64,000 bases of DNA from Mobula hypostoma (Eukaryota): NCBI RefSeq assembly GCF_963921235.1, contig NC_086097.1, positions 214,150,001-214,214,000 of the forward strand, given 5' to 3'. A model generated the notes under the pieces. That model was not told where the DNA came from and ran no database searches. It worked only from the letters and a program-made list of their open reading frames with translations. Below are positions 63,310 to 64,000 of the stretch, one piece after another. Position numbers and translations under genes: made by a program. How positions within the stretch are numbered: position 1 is the first letter of the stretch; every line of letters starts with the position of its first letter.

Positions 63310-63968
63310 TAGATAAGATACTTTATTCATCCCAAAGGAAATTACAGTGTCACAGTAGCATTACAAGTGCACAAATATTTTAAGAAGTAAGAAATTTAAA
63401 AAGTTACCTTAAAAGTAAGATGTACAAGACTTACAAGTCAAAGACTGCAAGATCACTTTCCCAGCTATAGGCTAAAGCATTATAGAATCTTATGACCGAG
63501 GGTAAAAATGACCTCATATAGTGTTCTTTGGAAGAGCACAGTTGTCTTAGTCTTTTACTGAAAATGCTCCTCTGCTCAGCCAAGTTGGCATGCAGAGGGC
63601 GAGAAACATTGTTCAGAATTGCCAGGATTTTCCGTAGGGTTCTCCAGTGTGTCCAGTTTGACTTAAATAACAGAGCCAGCCTTTCTAATCAGTTTATTGA
63701 GCCTGTTGGCATCACCCATGCTGATGCCATTGCCCCAGCACATCACCACAAAGAAGATTGTACTGGCAACAACAGATTGGTAGAACATGTGAAGGAGAGG
63801 ATTGCATACTCCAAAGGACCTCAGTACTCTCAGGAAGTAGAGGCGACTCTGGCCCTTCTTGTACACAGCCTCTGTGTTGGTGCTCCACTCAGGTCTGTCG
63901 TCCAGATGCACTTCCAGGTACTTGTAGGTCCTCACCGCATCCACATCTTCACCATCAATAGTAACAGG
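63310..63968 (-). mobile_element. Rex1-like LINE 3' fragment
   Basis: ORF 63663..63944 (YKYLEVHLD…KKGQSRLYFLRVLRSF…RLNKLIRKAGSVI). Confidence 0.87.
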
Positions 63969-64000
63969 ATATTATATGATTTACACAAGATATTGATTAT

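Noticed and set aside
55100..64000. ASPH transmembrane exon and the optional AKDFRYNLSEVLQ-type cassette
   Set aside because: Not found by eye. Probably upstream, beyond the window end.

Overview
Vertebrate genomic DNA, AT-rich and dominated by transposon debris. The mix of CR1, Rex1/Babar-like and Penelope-like elements suggests a cartilaginous fish (inference). The window lies inside the ASPH (aspartyl/asparaginyl beta-hydroxylase / junctin / junctate) locus on the minus strand. Reading by hand recovers a chain of phase-1 exons that the ORF track mostly misses. These are the EF-hand exon (55018-55086, GC donor), an alternative terminal exon ending CVILDLQNQ* (52836-53077), two junctin-type exons (47904-47948 and 33461-33828), and the acidic luminal exons (17916-17999, 17059-17127, a 309-nt EPVEEE repeat exon at 11555-11863, 2088-2141, 560-604, 427-477). 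Neither the transmembrane exon nor the catalytic exons were found in the window. The main unusual observations are: (1) a 36-nt ASPH microexon apparently split by a 1-kb LINE; (2) a very young, internally deleted Gmr1-like Gypsy LTR element with one 935-aa ORF, inserted in sense orientation at the edge of a perfect TACTAAC branch point; (3) an 85-nt hairpin whose mismatches become G-U pairs only on the ASPH-sense strand; (4) a Penelope-associated hammerhead ribozyme motif; (5) a TIR element with a 5-bp TSD. I see no prokaryotic-type system such as CRISPR, and no wholly new system. Similarities to human or mouse proteins are from recall, not from a database search.
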